Shown: positions 30,926 to 40,472 of the stretch, one piece after another | How positions within the stretch are numbered: the first letter of the stretch is position 1 | Layout of the letters: each line of letters opens with the position of its first letter | Assembly: GCA_041287245.1 (NCBI GenBank) | Contig: JBEULP010000071.1 | Coordinates: 1-64,000 of the forward strand | Source of the DNA: Infirmifilum sp. | Lineage (GTDB): Archaea > Thermoproteota > Thermoprotei > Thermofilales > Thermofilaceae | DNA: 64,000 nt | Direction of reading: 5' to 3' | Notes under the pieces: model-generated | The model's input: the letters and a program-made list of their open reading frames with translations, nothing else | Told to the model about the DNA's origin: nothing | Databases searched by the model: none | Program-made: the position numbers and the translations under genes

Positions 30926-31615
30926 TTGCAGCTTTTCTGGCGCGAAGTATATAGAAAGGTTATTCACCTGGCGCTTACAGCTCTTCTCGTTCTTCCTTAT
31001 TTTGTTACACTTCCATCACCTTTAAATATATACAATTACTACTCCCTTGGTCTTCTGGCTGCTTCGGTGATCAACAGCTTTGTTGTGAAACGTTTTAAGC
31101 TTGAATTAGAGCTAAACACGCTTAAGGGCGAGTTACACCGCTTTGCTGATAGTCTCGGCGAAAAAGCTAGGATGCCTCTTTCGATAATAGAAGACGCTAT
31201 TGAAGAATTTCACAGCTTCATTGAAAAACAGCTTTCTTTGCTCGAGCGGGATTATGAGAAGCGAGAAGGCTATGTTGGCCTTCTCTACGGGATGATCGGT
31301 GCGACGAGTAGTCTGCTCCTAGACCCTCTTCACGCTTTTTATGGAGTTACAGCACTAGCAGTAGTAGATGTTACTGCTTCCCTCTCCAGCCTCATACTAT
31401 GGAAAAGGGGGAAAAGCCTTGGTGGAGAAATCATAGCCTTCGGAACTTACACATTATTTCTAGGGTTAATGGGGGTGCCTCTTCCGCAGGGCATGACTTC
31501 CGCATTGCTTGTAACGCTAACAGAGTACTTCTCCCCTGAGGACAATCTGACCGTTCCGGTTGTTGCAACTGTAGTGTCATCATTGTTGGGGCTGCCAGCA
31601 ATATCTCCAAGCTGA
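30926..31615 (+). CDS. Dolichol/phytol kinase (CTP-transferase) family membrane protein
   Basis: EVYRKVIH, D..ASL, KSLGG, EDNLTVP. Confidence 0.72.
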   Translation: MQLFWREVYRKVIHLALTALLVLPYFVTLPSPLNIYNYYSLGLLAASVINSFVVKRFKLELELNTLKGELHRFADSLGEKARMPLSIIEDAIEEFHSFIEKQLSLLERDYEKREGYVGLLYGMIGATSSLLLDPLHAFYGVTALAVVDVTASLSSLILWKRGKSLGGEIIAFGTYTLFLGLMGVPLPQGMTSALLVTLTEYFSPEDNLTVPVVATVVSSLLGLPAISPS

Positions 31616-31626
31616 TTCGTTGATCA

Positions 31627-34284
31627 TTAAATAAACCCGTAAAACCGCTCTTCGTCTGATTCTAGGGTTTCTTCTGAAGTCTCTTCACGACCCATGTCCT
31701 CGTTTAATGTTAGGGCTTCAGCATTATCACCACGTAAGCTATAACCGAGAGAATAAACATCGCTACTATAAAAACTGAGACTATTCTCTTCCTCCTCTCC
31801 TTTTTTCCTGGCATTTACACCACCTGGAATTAAGGCGACCATAATTAGAAGAACCCCGGTTAATATTAACGTTACTGGTATAGCATTCTCCCCTAAGACC
31901 GCAGCGAGCGGTAAGGATGTTATGTTGAAGAGTGAGGAGACCTTGTTTTTAGCTTCTTCGATCTCTTTAGCTGCCCCGACCCCCATAAAAAACAGTGTCC
32001 CGTTTTTGACGACGAGAATTGTTGGAAAACTCGTCGCATTTACCCGGTTTGATATGCCCTGCTCATCCTTCCCAAGATACCATGAGACGTTGTTTTCTAT
32101 CGAGTACCTGCGCAGTACCTCCGGGGTATCGGAGGGTGATACACTTAGAGACACAACAATAGTGTCGTTACGTTGCGAAAGCATTCGGAGGGCTGGAAGC
32201 ATGTACTTACACCCGGTGCACTGGGTGTAGAAAAGTTCGATTACGAGTATTTTACTCCGGGAAGCCTCTAGAAGATCCAGCTCACTTCCCCCCACCACGG
32301 TTATTGATCCAAGGTCGAGGTGAACGCTCATGTTCCTACTTATGAGAGTTTGATTCTTTAGATAGCGTAGCACCTCACTCAGAAAATCTTTTTTAGCATT
32401 CTGTAATCTCTGACATGAATACCTGACGGGAAATACCCTTAGACCCTCACTCCACTGTATGAGTGTCGCGTTTAACCTACAATCATAGCCTTCTGGAGTT
32501 TGAGCTATCGATATTTGATAAACGCCCGCCTGGAGAGTCCTCCGCACCGGGGACGACGAGTTGACTTCTACTGTTATCGGTTGAGACTGTTCATCAATTT
32601 TTTTGATTATTAGCCTACCCGAGGAGTTGTCTGAAGATGTTACCACAAGGTCAAAGGTGAATTTTTTTAAAGTGATGTTAAGGCTTACACCTCTGTCCAC
32701 TAGCGTTACATTACGCCTCGCTGGCTGATAGAGAGGCGCCTCGACGGTGATCGTGTAGTTTCCCCTTACAGCTTCGAGAAAGACCCTACCTTCGGATGAT
32801 GCTGAAAGCGTGTAGGACTCAGGACCCATAATAACAATCCTAGCCCCTGGAAGCGGCTTGCCATTCTCATCGTATATTGTGATGTTTAGAGGAAATCTCT
32901 TCGGGGGTTCTTTGGACATTACGACCGTTGCGTATAAAACAGGTTGGTTTAGTTGAAGAACGAGTCGGTTTTCAGAGTAGCCCGGTTTGAGTACGCGAAC
33001 AGTATAGTTACCGATGGGTAAGGTACCTGTGGCCCAACCACTGGAGTTTGTTTTTAATGTGAGGCCCTTGGAGTCTGAGGAGATCTCTACAGTGGCGTTG
33101 TGTATTGGATTGCCATCACTGGTGACGACTTTCAGGTACAAGACAGACCTAAATAAAGGGTATACTACGACAAGCCGGTTGCTCCCGTAAATGGCGGCTC
33201 GTAGAGAGGCAGAGGCTTTTACTGTGGTGGGATCGAAGGGAACAGTAGTCCAGTTAATTTGGTACTTGCCTTGGAGTACTGGCGTATTCTTGTAGTCCAC
33301 GGAGTACAGAGAGACGTCGCCAACTGTGAATAAGACCATTTGAGTGTCGGTGAATAAGCTCATGCAACGTCGAGTCGGAACTGAGTAAACGCTGGTGCAC
33401 TGCAGGCCAGTGCTGCACTTGGTTACGGTCCCGTCACTGAAAACGATGATGAAGCCGTCTTGCAAAGGCGTTATTTGCTGAATAGCTTGGAGCTTCGCCG
33501 AAGCCCTAATCTGTAGTTGAGGCAGTGTGAGGACATAAGTAGTGTGTAGCCCGTTGTCATCTACTCTTACCTGCTGGGCTAAAATAAACCCATAGCCTAG
33601 AGCCTTTACTGTTAAGCCTGTCTGTAGGGATGCAATCTTGTTAACCCCTAAGCTCGAGACGCTGTAAACCTCTATCTTATTGTCTGTTAACTGGCAGAGC
33701 TCGCAGAGCGTGTCTATTGTCTCGGCGACAAGGTAGTTCTGGTAGAAGTCCAGCGAAAATATTTTTACTAGGACATCCTGGGAATTCACGTCCCTTTCAA
33801 AGATACGGCTTCGCTTTACCAGGTCGACAACTACGAGCCTGTCTAGCTTTACGTTATTCACCGTGTATGCTATGCTTAGAGCGAGGAATCTTCCATCTGA
33901 GCTTAATGCGGCACGTGATATAGAGAGCTCGTCACTCTTCGTTGTTGCCTTGAGAGAATATAAAGTCTGGAGAGAAGACGAGTTTAAGACTAGTATAAGC
34001 CCAGACACATCTACTAGCACGAGTGTCGAGCCATTGTAGAAAAAACCCGCCACGTTTAGGGACAGCGGAGTTATCATTCGTGAATAGACGCTGCCTTCAC
34101 CAAAGTCTATTAGAGAGGCTGTCCCATTGGTGAAGGCCACGTAAACTCTGTTTCCAGCCGGAATGAAGTCTCCGATGGGCGTTTTAAAATCTAGCACAGC
34201 AACATTGTAAACTGGGGCTGAGAGAGCCAGGGGTACGGTTAACAGGAACAATGAGAAGAGAACTAGTATTTTACTCATTTTCAT
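31627..34284 (-). CDS. Surface protein: beta-propeller-like head, carboxypeptidase-regulatory repeats, TlpA/thioredoxin-like domain, TM anchor
   Basis: Signal peptide; LSSDGRFLAL; LPIGNY, VRGNY and LQAGVY repeats; ELFYTQCTGC...SFPT; TM helix and acidic tail. Confidence 0.8.
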   Translation of the reverse strand: MKMSKILVLFSLFLLTVPLALSAPVYNVAVLDFKTPIGDFIPAGNRVYVAFTNGTASLIDFGEGSVYSRMITPLSLNVAGFFYNGSTLVLVDVSGLILVLNSSSLQTLYSLKATTKSDELSISRAALSSDGRFLALSIAYTVNNVKLDRLVVVDLVKRSRIFERDVNSQDVLVKIFSLDFYQNYLVAETIDTLCELCQLTDNKIEVYSVSSLGVNKIASLQTGLTVKALGYGFILAQQVRVDDNGLHTTYVLTLPQLQIRASAKLQAIQQITPLQDGFIIVFSDGTVTKCSTGLQCTSVYSVPTRRCMSLFTDTQMVLFTVGDVSLYSVDYKNTPVLQGKYQINWTTVPFDPTTVKASASLRAAIYGSNRLVVVYPLFRSVLYLKVVTSDGNPIHNATVEISSDSKGLTLKTNSSGWATGTLPIGNYTVRVLKPGYSENRLVLQLNQPVLYATVVMSKEPPKRFPLNITIYDENGKPLPGARIVIMGPESYTLSASSEGRVFLEAVRGNYTITVEAPLYQPARRNVTLVDRGVSLNITLKKFTFDLVVTSSDNSSGRLIIKKIDEQSQPITVEVNSSSPVRRTLQAGVYQISIAQTPEGYDCRLNATLIQWSEGLRVFPVRYSCQRLQNAKKDFLSEVLRYLKNQTLISRNMSVHLDLGSITVVGGSELDLLEASRSKILVIELFYTQCTGCKYMLPALRMLSQRNDTIVVSLSVSPSDTPEVLRRYSIENNVSWYLGKDEQGISNRVNATSFPTILVVKNGTLFFMGVGAAKEIEEAKNKVSSLFNITSLPLAAVLGENAIPVTLILTGVLLIMVALIPGGVNARKKGEEEENSLSFYSSDVYSLGYSLRGDNAEALTLNEDMGREETSEETLESDEERFYGFI

Positions 34285-34724
34285 TCTGTCTCCTTTAACA
34301 GTAATTTTACAGGTATCTCATTCAGGGTCTGAACAAGAATAGTTATTCCCGTAAGCTTATCCTCAGAGGATAGAGTGGTAGTTAGTTTGTAGAGAATCTC
34401 CCGAATACGTAGGAGAGCTTCTAGAGATTCTTTTTGCGATTCGATAGTCTCTTCTAAAACATTCAACTCGTCTACAGCCCTGGCGTTAATAACAACTTTT
34501 AGTCCCATATAATCTATCTCGTTTAGAGAGGAAAGCTTCTCGCCTAGCAGATCCTCCAGAACCTTCTCAAGCGCCTTCATGCGCTCTGCTCGAACCCTTA
34601 CGCTTTCATATCTCTGCTCGAGCTGCTGTAAAGTATCCTGGATAGTCGCGATTTGCGCTTCAACGTATTTTAGTAGCTCTTCAACGCTATTAAACTGGTA
34701 TATGTTGTACGACACATGCCTCAA
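34281..34724 (-). CDS. Hypothetical coiled-coil/beta-hairpin protein
   Basis: 147 aa, helix-hairpin-helix organisation; 4-bp overlap with the downstream gene. Confidence 0.75.
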   Translation of the reverse strand: MRHVSYNIYQFNSVEELLKYVEAQIATIQDTLQQLEQRYESVRVRAERMKALEKVLEDLLGEKLSSLNEIDYMGLKVVINARAVDELNVLEETIESQKESLEALLRIREILYKLTTTLSSEDKLTGITILVQTLNEIPVKLLLKETE

Positions 34725-34773
34725 AAATAAAAGACAAATATGTATTTAAAAAAACTAACGTATAAACAAGGAC

Positions 34774-35562
34774 TTATCCACCAAACCTTCTTTGCCTCGA
34801 CTGATATGTTCTAACGGCTCGGAGAAAATCAATTTTCCTGAAGTCTGGCCAGTAAACATCGAGGAACACTAGCTCTGAATAAGCAATCTGCCACAAGAGG
34901 AAATTACTTATTCTCTCCTCACCGCTTGTGCGGATAACAAGGTCTGGATCAGGATATGGTTGGCCACCCGTGTAGAGGTATTGTTCGAACGTTTTTTCAT
35001 CGATATTCTCCACTCTAAGCCTCCCCTCCTGTACATCTCTAACCACATTCCTAATGGCTTCTAATATCTCAGACCTTCCTCCATAGGCGAGTGCCACGTT
35101 AAGGTATCGTTCACTATACCTCGAGGACCAGTTTTCCACTTCTTCTATCTTATTTTTTAGAGAGGGAGGTAGAAGATGTTTATCCCCTATGAACCGGACA
35201 CACACCTTACGTTTGTCGATCTCGCCCGAGGTTTTAAGCTTCTCAATCTTTTCTTCTAGAAGCTCCAGTATCTTTTCCACTTCTTCCTTGTTTCTGCGTT
35301 GGAGATTCTCCGTCGATAATACATACAATGTTACCGTCTTAACCCCAAGGTCATAGCACCAATCAAGAACCTCCTCCGCCTTCTCGGCACCATACCTGTG
35401 GCCCAGCCACGGTGGAATCCCCCTATTCCTAGCCCATCTCCTGTTACCGTCCAGGATGAAGGCTATATGCCTAGGTATTTTTCCCTTTTTGACTTCTCTC
35501 TCAAGCAGGTATTCATAGATTTTGTACACACCTAGTACTCTGGCTAACGATCGCCAAACCAT
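34774..35562 (-). CDS. uppS: cis-Prenyltransferase (UppS family)
   Basis: HIAFILDGNRRWA, STEN, YGGR, RTSGEERISNFLLWQ, RRFGG. Confidence 0.96.
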   Translation of the reverse strand: MVWRSLARVLGVYKIYEYLLEREVKKGKIPRHIAFILDGNRRWARNRGIPPWLGHRYGAEKAEEVLDWCYDLGVKTVTLYVLSTENLQRRNKEEVEKILELLEEKIEKLKTSGEIDKRKVCVRFIGDKHLLPPSLKNKIEEVENWSSRYSERYLNVALAYGGRSEILEAIRNVVRDVQEGRLRVENIDEKTFEQYLYTGGQPYPDPDLVIRTSGEERISNFLLWQIAYSELVFLDVYWPDFRKIDFLRAVRTYQSRQRRFGG

Positions 35563-35606
35563 AACAGACCACTACATTTTTGAGTCAGGTTAAGTAAAAT
35601 AACCTT

Positions 35607-36329
35607 ATGCAACATCTTTTCACGCGAAAACTTGAAGCTATCGAGAATCCAGTTGAAGTGATCAGGAGTATAATAGACCATACAAACCTCAAGCCCGAAG
35701 CTTCTGTCGGAGAGTTAGAAAAGACGTGTAGAGAAACAGTTGAACATGGCTTCTACGCATGTTGCATACCACCATTTTTCGTCCGAAAAGCCAAAAGTAT
35801 AACGGGTGGAAAAGCCAGGGTAGCAACAGTTATAGGCTTCCCACATGGAAACCATTCCCCTGAAGTGAAAGAGTATGAAACTAGAAAGGCGTACGAAGAC
35901 GGGGCTGACGAGGTTGACGCTGTGATCAATATATCGCTCATAAGGAGCGGTAGGATGGTAGAAGCTATAGATGAGGTTAAAAGACTTTTAGAGGTTACGC
36001 GCGAGTATGGAGGGGTTCTTAAGGTGATAATCGAGACGGGATTTCTCGAGAACAAAACTATATTCGAGGTTTCCAGAAATTTAGCCCAGATAGGTGTTCA
36101 TTTTGTTAAGACTTCTACGGGGTTTGGCCCTAGAGTCGCTACGCCAGAAGACGTGCTTATAATGCGCGAGGCTGTTAAGGGAACAGGCACCCGTGTAAAA
36201 GCCGCTGGTGGTATTAGGACCGGGCTCCAAGCACTCTATTTCTATCTTATCGGCGCTGACAGAATCGGGACAAGCAGCAGCATACAAATCATTAGTGACC
36301 TTCAATTTCTTTCGACAATTAACGTATAA
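35607..36329 (+). CDS. deoC: Deoxyribose-phosphate aldolase
   Basis: IDHTNLK, VIGFPHG, KVIIETG, VKTSTGF, KAAGGIR, RIGTS. Confidence 0.95.
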   Translation: MQHLFTRKLEAIENPVEVIRSIIDHTNLKPEASVGELEKTCRETVEHGFYACCIPPFFVRKAKSITGGKARVATVIGFPHGNHSPEVKEYETRKAYEDGADEVDAVINISLIRSGRMVEAIDEVKRLLEVTREYGGVLKVIIETGFLENKTIFEVSRNLAQIGVHFVKTSTGFGPRVATPEDVLIMREAVKGTGTRVKAAGGIRTGLQALYFYLIGADRIGTSSSIQIISDLQFLSTINV

Positions 36330-36390
36330 GAGAACAACAACTACAAAAAGCACTTATACCGCAAGTGGCTTACTCTAGACCGGTTCGAAA

Positions 36391-37437
36391 ATGAAGCCAC
36401 TGGCTTCGATCTACGGCTATGGTGTGTACATCCCCATCTACAGAATCGAGGCAAGTGAAATCTCGAGAATACATACGAAAGGCAGTGAAAAAGCGCCTAT
36501 AAAAGCCAAAAGCCTACCAGGACCAGACGAGGACTCGCTCACAATAGCTTACGAGGCGGCTAAAAATGCTCTAAAAAGATCTGGCATAGATCCTCTCCAG
36601 ATTGAGGCGCTATACATTGGGTCGGAGAGCCCTCCCTATGCCGTCAAGCCTTCGGCTACTGTAATAGCAGAAGCCCTCGGGCTTTCTAAGAAGCTGTATG
36701 GAATTGACATGGAGTTTGCGTGTAAAGCTGGTACCACGGCGGTTATTAGCGTAGCCGCGCTGGTCTCAGCCGGAGTTATAAAATACGGCTTGGGGATTGG
36801 AACAGATACAGCTCAGGGAAGACCCGGCGATGAGCTGGAATACACGGCTGCTGCTGGTGGTGCTGCTTATGTTTTAGGTCCCGTATCGAAGAACGGCGTA
36901 GCTACCATCGAACACACTTACAGTTATGTGACCGATACCCCTGATTTTTGGAGGAGGGAGGGGGAGAAGTTCCCAATGCATACCTTCAGATTCACAGGAG
37001 ACCCCGCCTACTTCCACCATATAGAGAGTGCAGCTAAAGGATTAATGGAAGAGACGGGTTTAAGGGCGAGCGACTTTAAATACGTCGTCTTTCACCAGCC
37101 GAACGTAAAGTTTCCCCAGAGAATGGCTGGAATACTCGGCTTTACGCAGGAACAATTGAAGCTGGGACTCCTATCAGGAGAGATAGGAAATACTTACGCG
37201 GCTGCCTCCCTTGTAGGCCTTGCGAATGTGCTTGACCATGCTAAGCCAGGCGAGAGGATACTTGTCGTCTCCTTTGGGAGCGGAGCGGGTTCAGATGCGC
37301 TGAGCATAGTCGTAGAGGAGGGTATTGAGAGCAAGAGGCCCTTGGCCCCCAGCGTAGAGTATTACTTGAAGAGAGCTAGGTTTGTTGATTATGCATTCTA
37401 CCTGAAGTATAGGAGGTTTATTTTGGGGGTGGAGTAG
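36391..37437 (+). CDS. Hydroxymethylglutaryl-CoA synthase (archaeal)
   Basis: EFACKAGT, DTPDFWRR, FHQPN, GNTY, SFGSGAGSD. Confidence 0.93.
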   Translation: MKPLASIYGYGVYIPIYRIEASEISRIHTKGSEKAPIKAKSLPGPDEDSLTIAYEAAKNALKRSGIDPLQIEALYIGSESPPYAVKPSATVIAEALGLSKKLYGIDMEFACKAGTTAVISVAALVSAGVIKYGLGIGTDTAQGRPGDELEYTAAAGGAAYVLGPVSKNGVATIEHTYSYVTDTPDFWRREGEKFPMHTFRFTGDPAYFHHIESAAKGLMEETGLRASDFKYVVFHQPNVKFPQRMAGILGFTQEQLKLGLLSGEIGNTYAAASLVGLANVLDHAKPGERILVVSFGSGAGSDALSIVVEEGIESKRPLAPSVEYYLKRARFVDYAFYLKYRRFILGVE

Positions 37438-38604
37438 ATGGGAAAAGTCTATATCGTTGGGGCAGGTGCAACTAAAATCGATGAACACTGGGAGGTCTCA
37501 CTGCGAGACCTTATGACCGACGCGTCGAAAAAGGCTATTGAGGATGCCGGGCTGTCAAAAAAGGATATTGAGGCAGTGTTTGTTGGAAACATGTCTTCTG
37601 GCTACTTGCAAGGGCAGGAACACCTGGGATCCCTCCTAGCTACATGGCTGGGCATTCCAGGCGTAGCGGCAAACAAGATCGAGGCGGCATGTGCCAGTGG
37701 TGGAGCCGCTGTCCACAACGCCTATCTTGCTGTAAAATCCGGAGTCTACGATTGCGTACTTGCTGTTGGTGTTGAAAAGCTGACTGACGTCCCTACAGGC
37801 GACGCTACAAGTGCCTTGATAATGGCTGAAGACCAAGAATACGTCGCCTTCGCCGGGTTCTCGTTTGTAGCTTTAAATGCGCTTGTATATAGGGCTTATA
37901 TGAGAAAGTTTGGAGCGAAACAGGAAGACATAGCGCTTTTCGCGGTCCACGACCACAAATACGCGGCTAATAATCCATTGGCCCAGTATCCTAGAAGCGT
38001 GACTCTAGACGATGTTCTAAAGTCGCCTCTAGTAGCGGATCCGATAAGATTGTTGGAGAGCGCCCCGTTGGGCGATGGAAGCGCGGCAGTTGTCTTATGT
38101 TCCGAGGAAAAGGCAAAGAAGCTCGGTAGAGACGTTATGTTGGAGCTCGCGGGGAGCGGACTGGCAACGGACATCCTTAGTCTGCACGACAGGCCTGACA
38201 TGACAACTCTTTATGGAACACTAAAGGCTAAAGAGGCTGCCTTCAGGCAGGCAGGAATCACAGTCGAAGACATAGATGTCCTGGAGGTTCACGATGCTTT
38301 CACAGTGTTAGGGGTCATCCACCTTGAAGACCTTGGTTTCGCCAGAAAGGGCGAGGGCTGGAAGTTGTTGAAAGAGGGACAGTTGGAAAAGGATGGAAAA
38401 ATACCTACAAACACAATGGGCGGCCTTAAGGCTAGAGGCCATCCCGTCGGAGCAACGGGGGTCTACCAGGTATATGACCTTGTAGTTCAGCTACGTGGAG
38501 AGGCGGGGGCTAATCAGGTTCCCGACCCTCAGGTTGGCGTAGCTCAAAATGTTGGAGGAGTTGGAGGGACTGTTGTTGTTAATGTTGTAAAGAGGGTGAG
38601 GTAA
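37438..38604 (+). CDS. Acetoacetyl-CoA thiolase (SCP-x type)
   Basis: EAACASG, EVHDAF, GGLKARGHPVGATG. Confidence 0.93.
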   Translation: MGKVYIVGAGATKIDEHWEVSLRDLMTDASKKAIEDAGLSKKDIEAVFVGNMSSGYLQGQEHLGSLLATWLGIPGVAANKIEAACASGGAAVHNAYLAVKSGVYDCVLAVGVEKLTDVPTGDATSALIMAEDQEYVAFAGFSFVALNALVYRAYMRKFGAKQEDIALFAVHDHKYAANNPLAQYPRSVTLDDVLKSPLVADPIRLLESAPLGDGSAAVVLCSEEKAKKLGRDVMLELAGSGLATDILSLHDRPDMTTLYGTLKAKEAAFRQAGITVEDIDVLEVHDAFTVLGVIHLEDLGFARKGEGWKLLKEGQLEKDGKIPTNTMGGLKARGHPVGATGVYQVYDLVVQLRGEAGANQVPDPQVGVAQNVGGVGGTVVVNVVKRVR

Positions 38605-38606
38605 GA

Positions 38607-39029
38607 ATGGCATATATGCGTAGTGTTCCCCGAGTGTGGAGGGAAAAACAGATAAAATACCGGCTTATCGGTGGGGTCTGCAAGGACTGCGGTAAAACCT
38701 TCTATCCTTACAGAAGAAACTGTCCTGTATGTGGTTCAAGCAATGTCGAGTTGAAAAAACTCCCCGAGACGGGCGTGGTTGAAACGTTCAGCGTTGTCAG
38801 AACCCCACCCACTGGGTTTGAAAATCAAGCACCATATGTGGTAGCCCTGGTTAGGCTAGATGATGGGACACTTGTTCCAGCACAGATCACCGACGTTAAC
38901 CCCGAGGAGGTTAAGGAGGGAATGCGCGTAGAAGCTGTTTTCAGAAGGTACAGAGAACAGGGAGTGAAAGGAATAATCGAGTATGGTATTAAATTCAGAC
39001 CTGTGGTTGACGTTGAGCCAAAACACTGA
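38607..39029 (+). CDS. DUF35 Zn-ribbon/OB-fold scaffold of the thiolase-HMGS complex
   Basis: CKDC...CPVC, OB-fold, YGIKFRP; third gene of the operon. Confidence 0.92.
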   Translation: MAYMRSVPRVWREKQIKYRLIGGVCKDCGKTFYPYRRNCPVCGSSNVELKKLPETGVVETFSVVRTPPTGFENQAPYVVALVRLDDGTLVPAQITDVNPEEVKEGMRVEAVFRRYREQGVKGIIEYGIKFRPVVDVEPKH

Positions 39030-39348
39030 TAAAACAACACGGGAGAAGCTAATAGAAATTTTTCTCAGTAACCCAGGTGTGGAATTCTCTCTACAGGATC
39101 TCCTTCGACTCCTATCGCTCCGAGAGAAGGATTCGAAAAGACTTCTCAATGATATAAATCACATCGCTAAGACTATCAGGAGAATGACCAATAATTCGGC
39201 ATACCTTGCTATGCGTCCCCCCAAGTGCCTGAACTGCGGCTATACCTTCTCGAATTTAGAGAGCGCCAAGAGGCCAAGCCGATGCCCCAAGTGTAAAAGC
39301 GAGCGTATAACGGAACCCACTTTCGTCTTGCTGGGGAAAGAATCCTAA
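39013..39348 (+). CDS. HTH and Zn-ribbon transcriptional regulator (COG3357-like)
   Basis: TTREKLI, DINHIAKT, PPKCLNCGY, PSRCPKCKSE. TTG start at 39013 assumed. Confidence 0.8.
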   Translation: MSQNTDKTTREKLIEIFLSNPGVEFSLQDLLRLLSLREKDSKRLLNDINHIAKTIRRMTNNSAYLAMRPPKCLNCGYTFSNLESAKRPSRCPKCKSERITEPTFVLLGKES

Positions 39349-40436
39349 CTTTCCCCCATCTTTATTAAAACGTTTGTTAAAGCTGTTAGAATAGCAGTTG
39401 AAGCTATATCTGTTGCAAGAGTCACGCCGGGCATAACGTCGACGACCATGTCTGAAAACCTTAGCACGCCGGCCGGCAAGCCTTCACGTGATCCTATCAA
39501 AACCAATACCTCCTTGTGTTTTTCAAACAATTCTTTCAACTGTGAGGCTACTTCACCTATATATCTTCCTCTCGTGGACGTGGCTATGATAGGTGTGCCT
39601 TTTTCCCGGTATTCCCGTAAAAGCTGGTATAAGTCAAATAATAATACCCTTGTTTTATGTACAGGGTGTGCGTAGCTTTTAACCTGTATCTTGTAGCGGC
39701 TATTAATTCCCTCAAGGATTCCTTTTAGAAAGTTTAAAAGTGATTCTGCATCTACAGGTAGGTAAGGTGTGAGTACAAGCTCCTTAATTTCGAAGGACTG
39801 GACCGCCCTACCTATTCTCACACCTATATTAAAAGAGGCCTGTGGCTCGGCAATATATGGAACCTGCGCGAGTACAACCTTCCTTAGGTAGCGCAAAGCT
39901 TCAGGCTTCACATCATAGTTTTTCTTCCAGAGGATACTGCCCGGCGTCACACTGATATACGCCTCCTCTTCAATTATCTCAACCCAGAATATTTTCGCCG
40001 GGTTCTCCAGGTCGACAGGGCTTCCAGTCGCCGCCTGTATGCAAGCCCCAGCTTTAACGTTTACGTCTAGAGAACTAAAGGCGTGGTGGCCCCTCCTTTC
40101 AGTTCTCACGGCAAAGGTTTCAGAGGACTTGAGCTCCTTTAGGGCGAGGGACTTTACGGCTTCACAAATCAACTCAGGGTCAGCTTTTGTTTGAATGTGG
40201 ATGGGAAGAACTCTCTCAGCCTCAACAATACGGGATGCAACCATTTGTGCCAGCTCATCCACATTTCCGCTACTACAGTAAACGAGTACAAGGCCACGAT
40301 ACCCTCTCGGTGAAGAACACGCTGGTAGATTAAGCTCCTCTTTTATCCTATTTGCGGTTATTCTCTCGAGGTCTAAGTGAGTCGTGACGATTAAACATAC
40401 TTTTTGCTCTGACACGAAGATAACATGTTTCTCCAC
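39345..40436 (-). CDS. THUMP-domain SPOUT RNA methyltransferase
   Basis: FAVRTERRG and VDLENP (THUMP); IGSREGLP...GVTLAT (SPOUT knot). Confidence 0.85.
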   Translation of the reverse strand: MEKHVIFVSEQKVCLIVTTHLDLERITANRIKEELNLPACSSPRGYRGLVLVYCSSGNVDELAQMVASRIVEAERVLPIHIQTKADPELICEAVKSLALKELKSSETFAVRTERRGHHAFSSLDVNVKAGACIQAATGSPVDLENPAKIFWVEIIEEEAYISVTPGSILWKKNYDVKPEALRYLRKVVLAQVPYIAEPQASFNIGVRIGRAVQSFEIKELVLTPYLPVDAESLLNFLKGILEGINSRYKIQVKSYAHPVHKTRVLLFDLYQLLREYREKGTPIIATSTRGRYIGEVASQLKELFEKHKEVLVLIGSREGLPAGVLRFSDMVVDVMPGVTLATDIASTAILTALTNVLIKMGES

Positions 40437-40472
40437 GTTTAAACTATATCCATGGTTAATCCTATCGATAGG

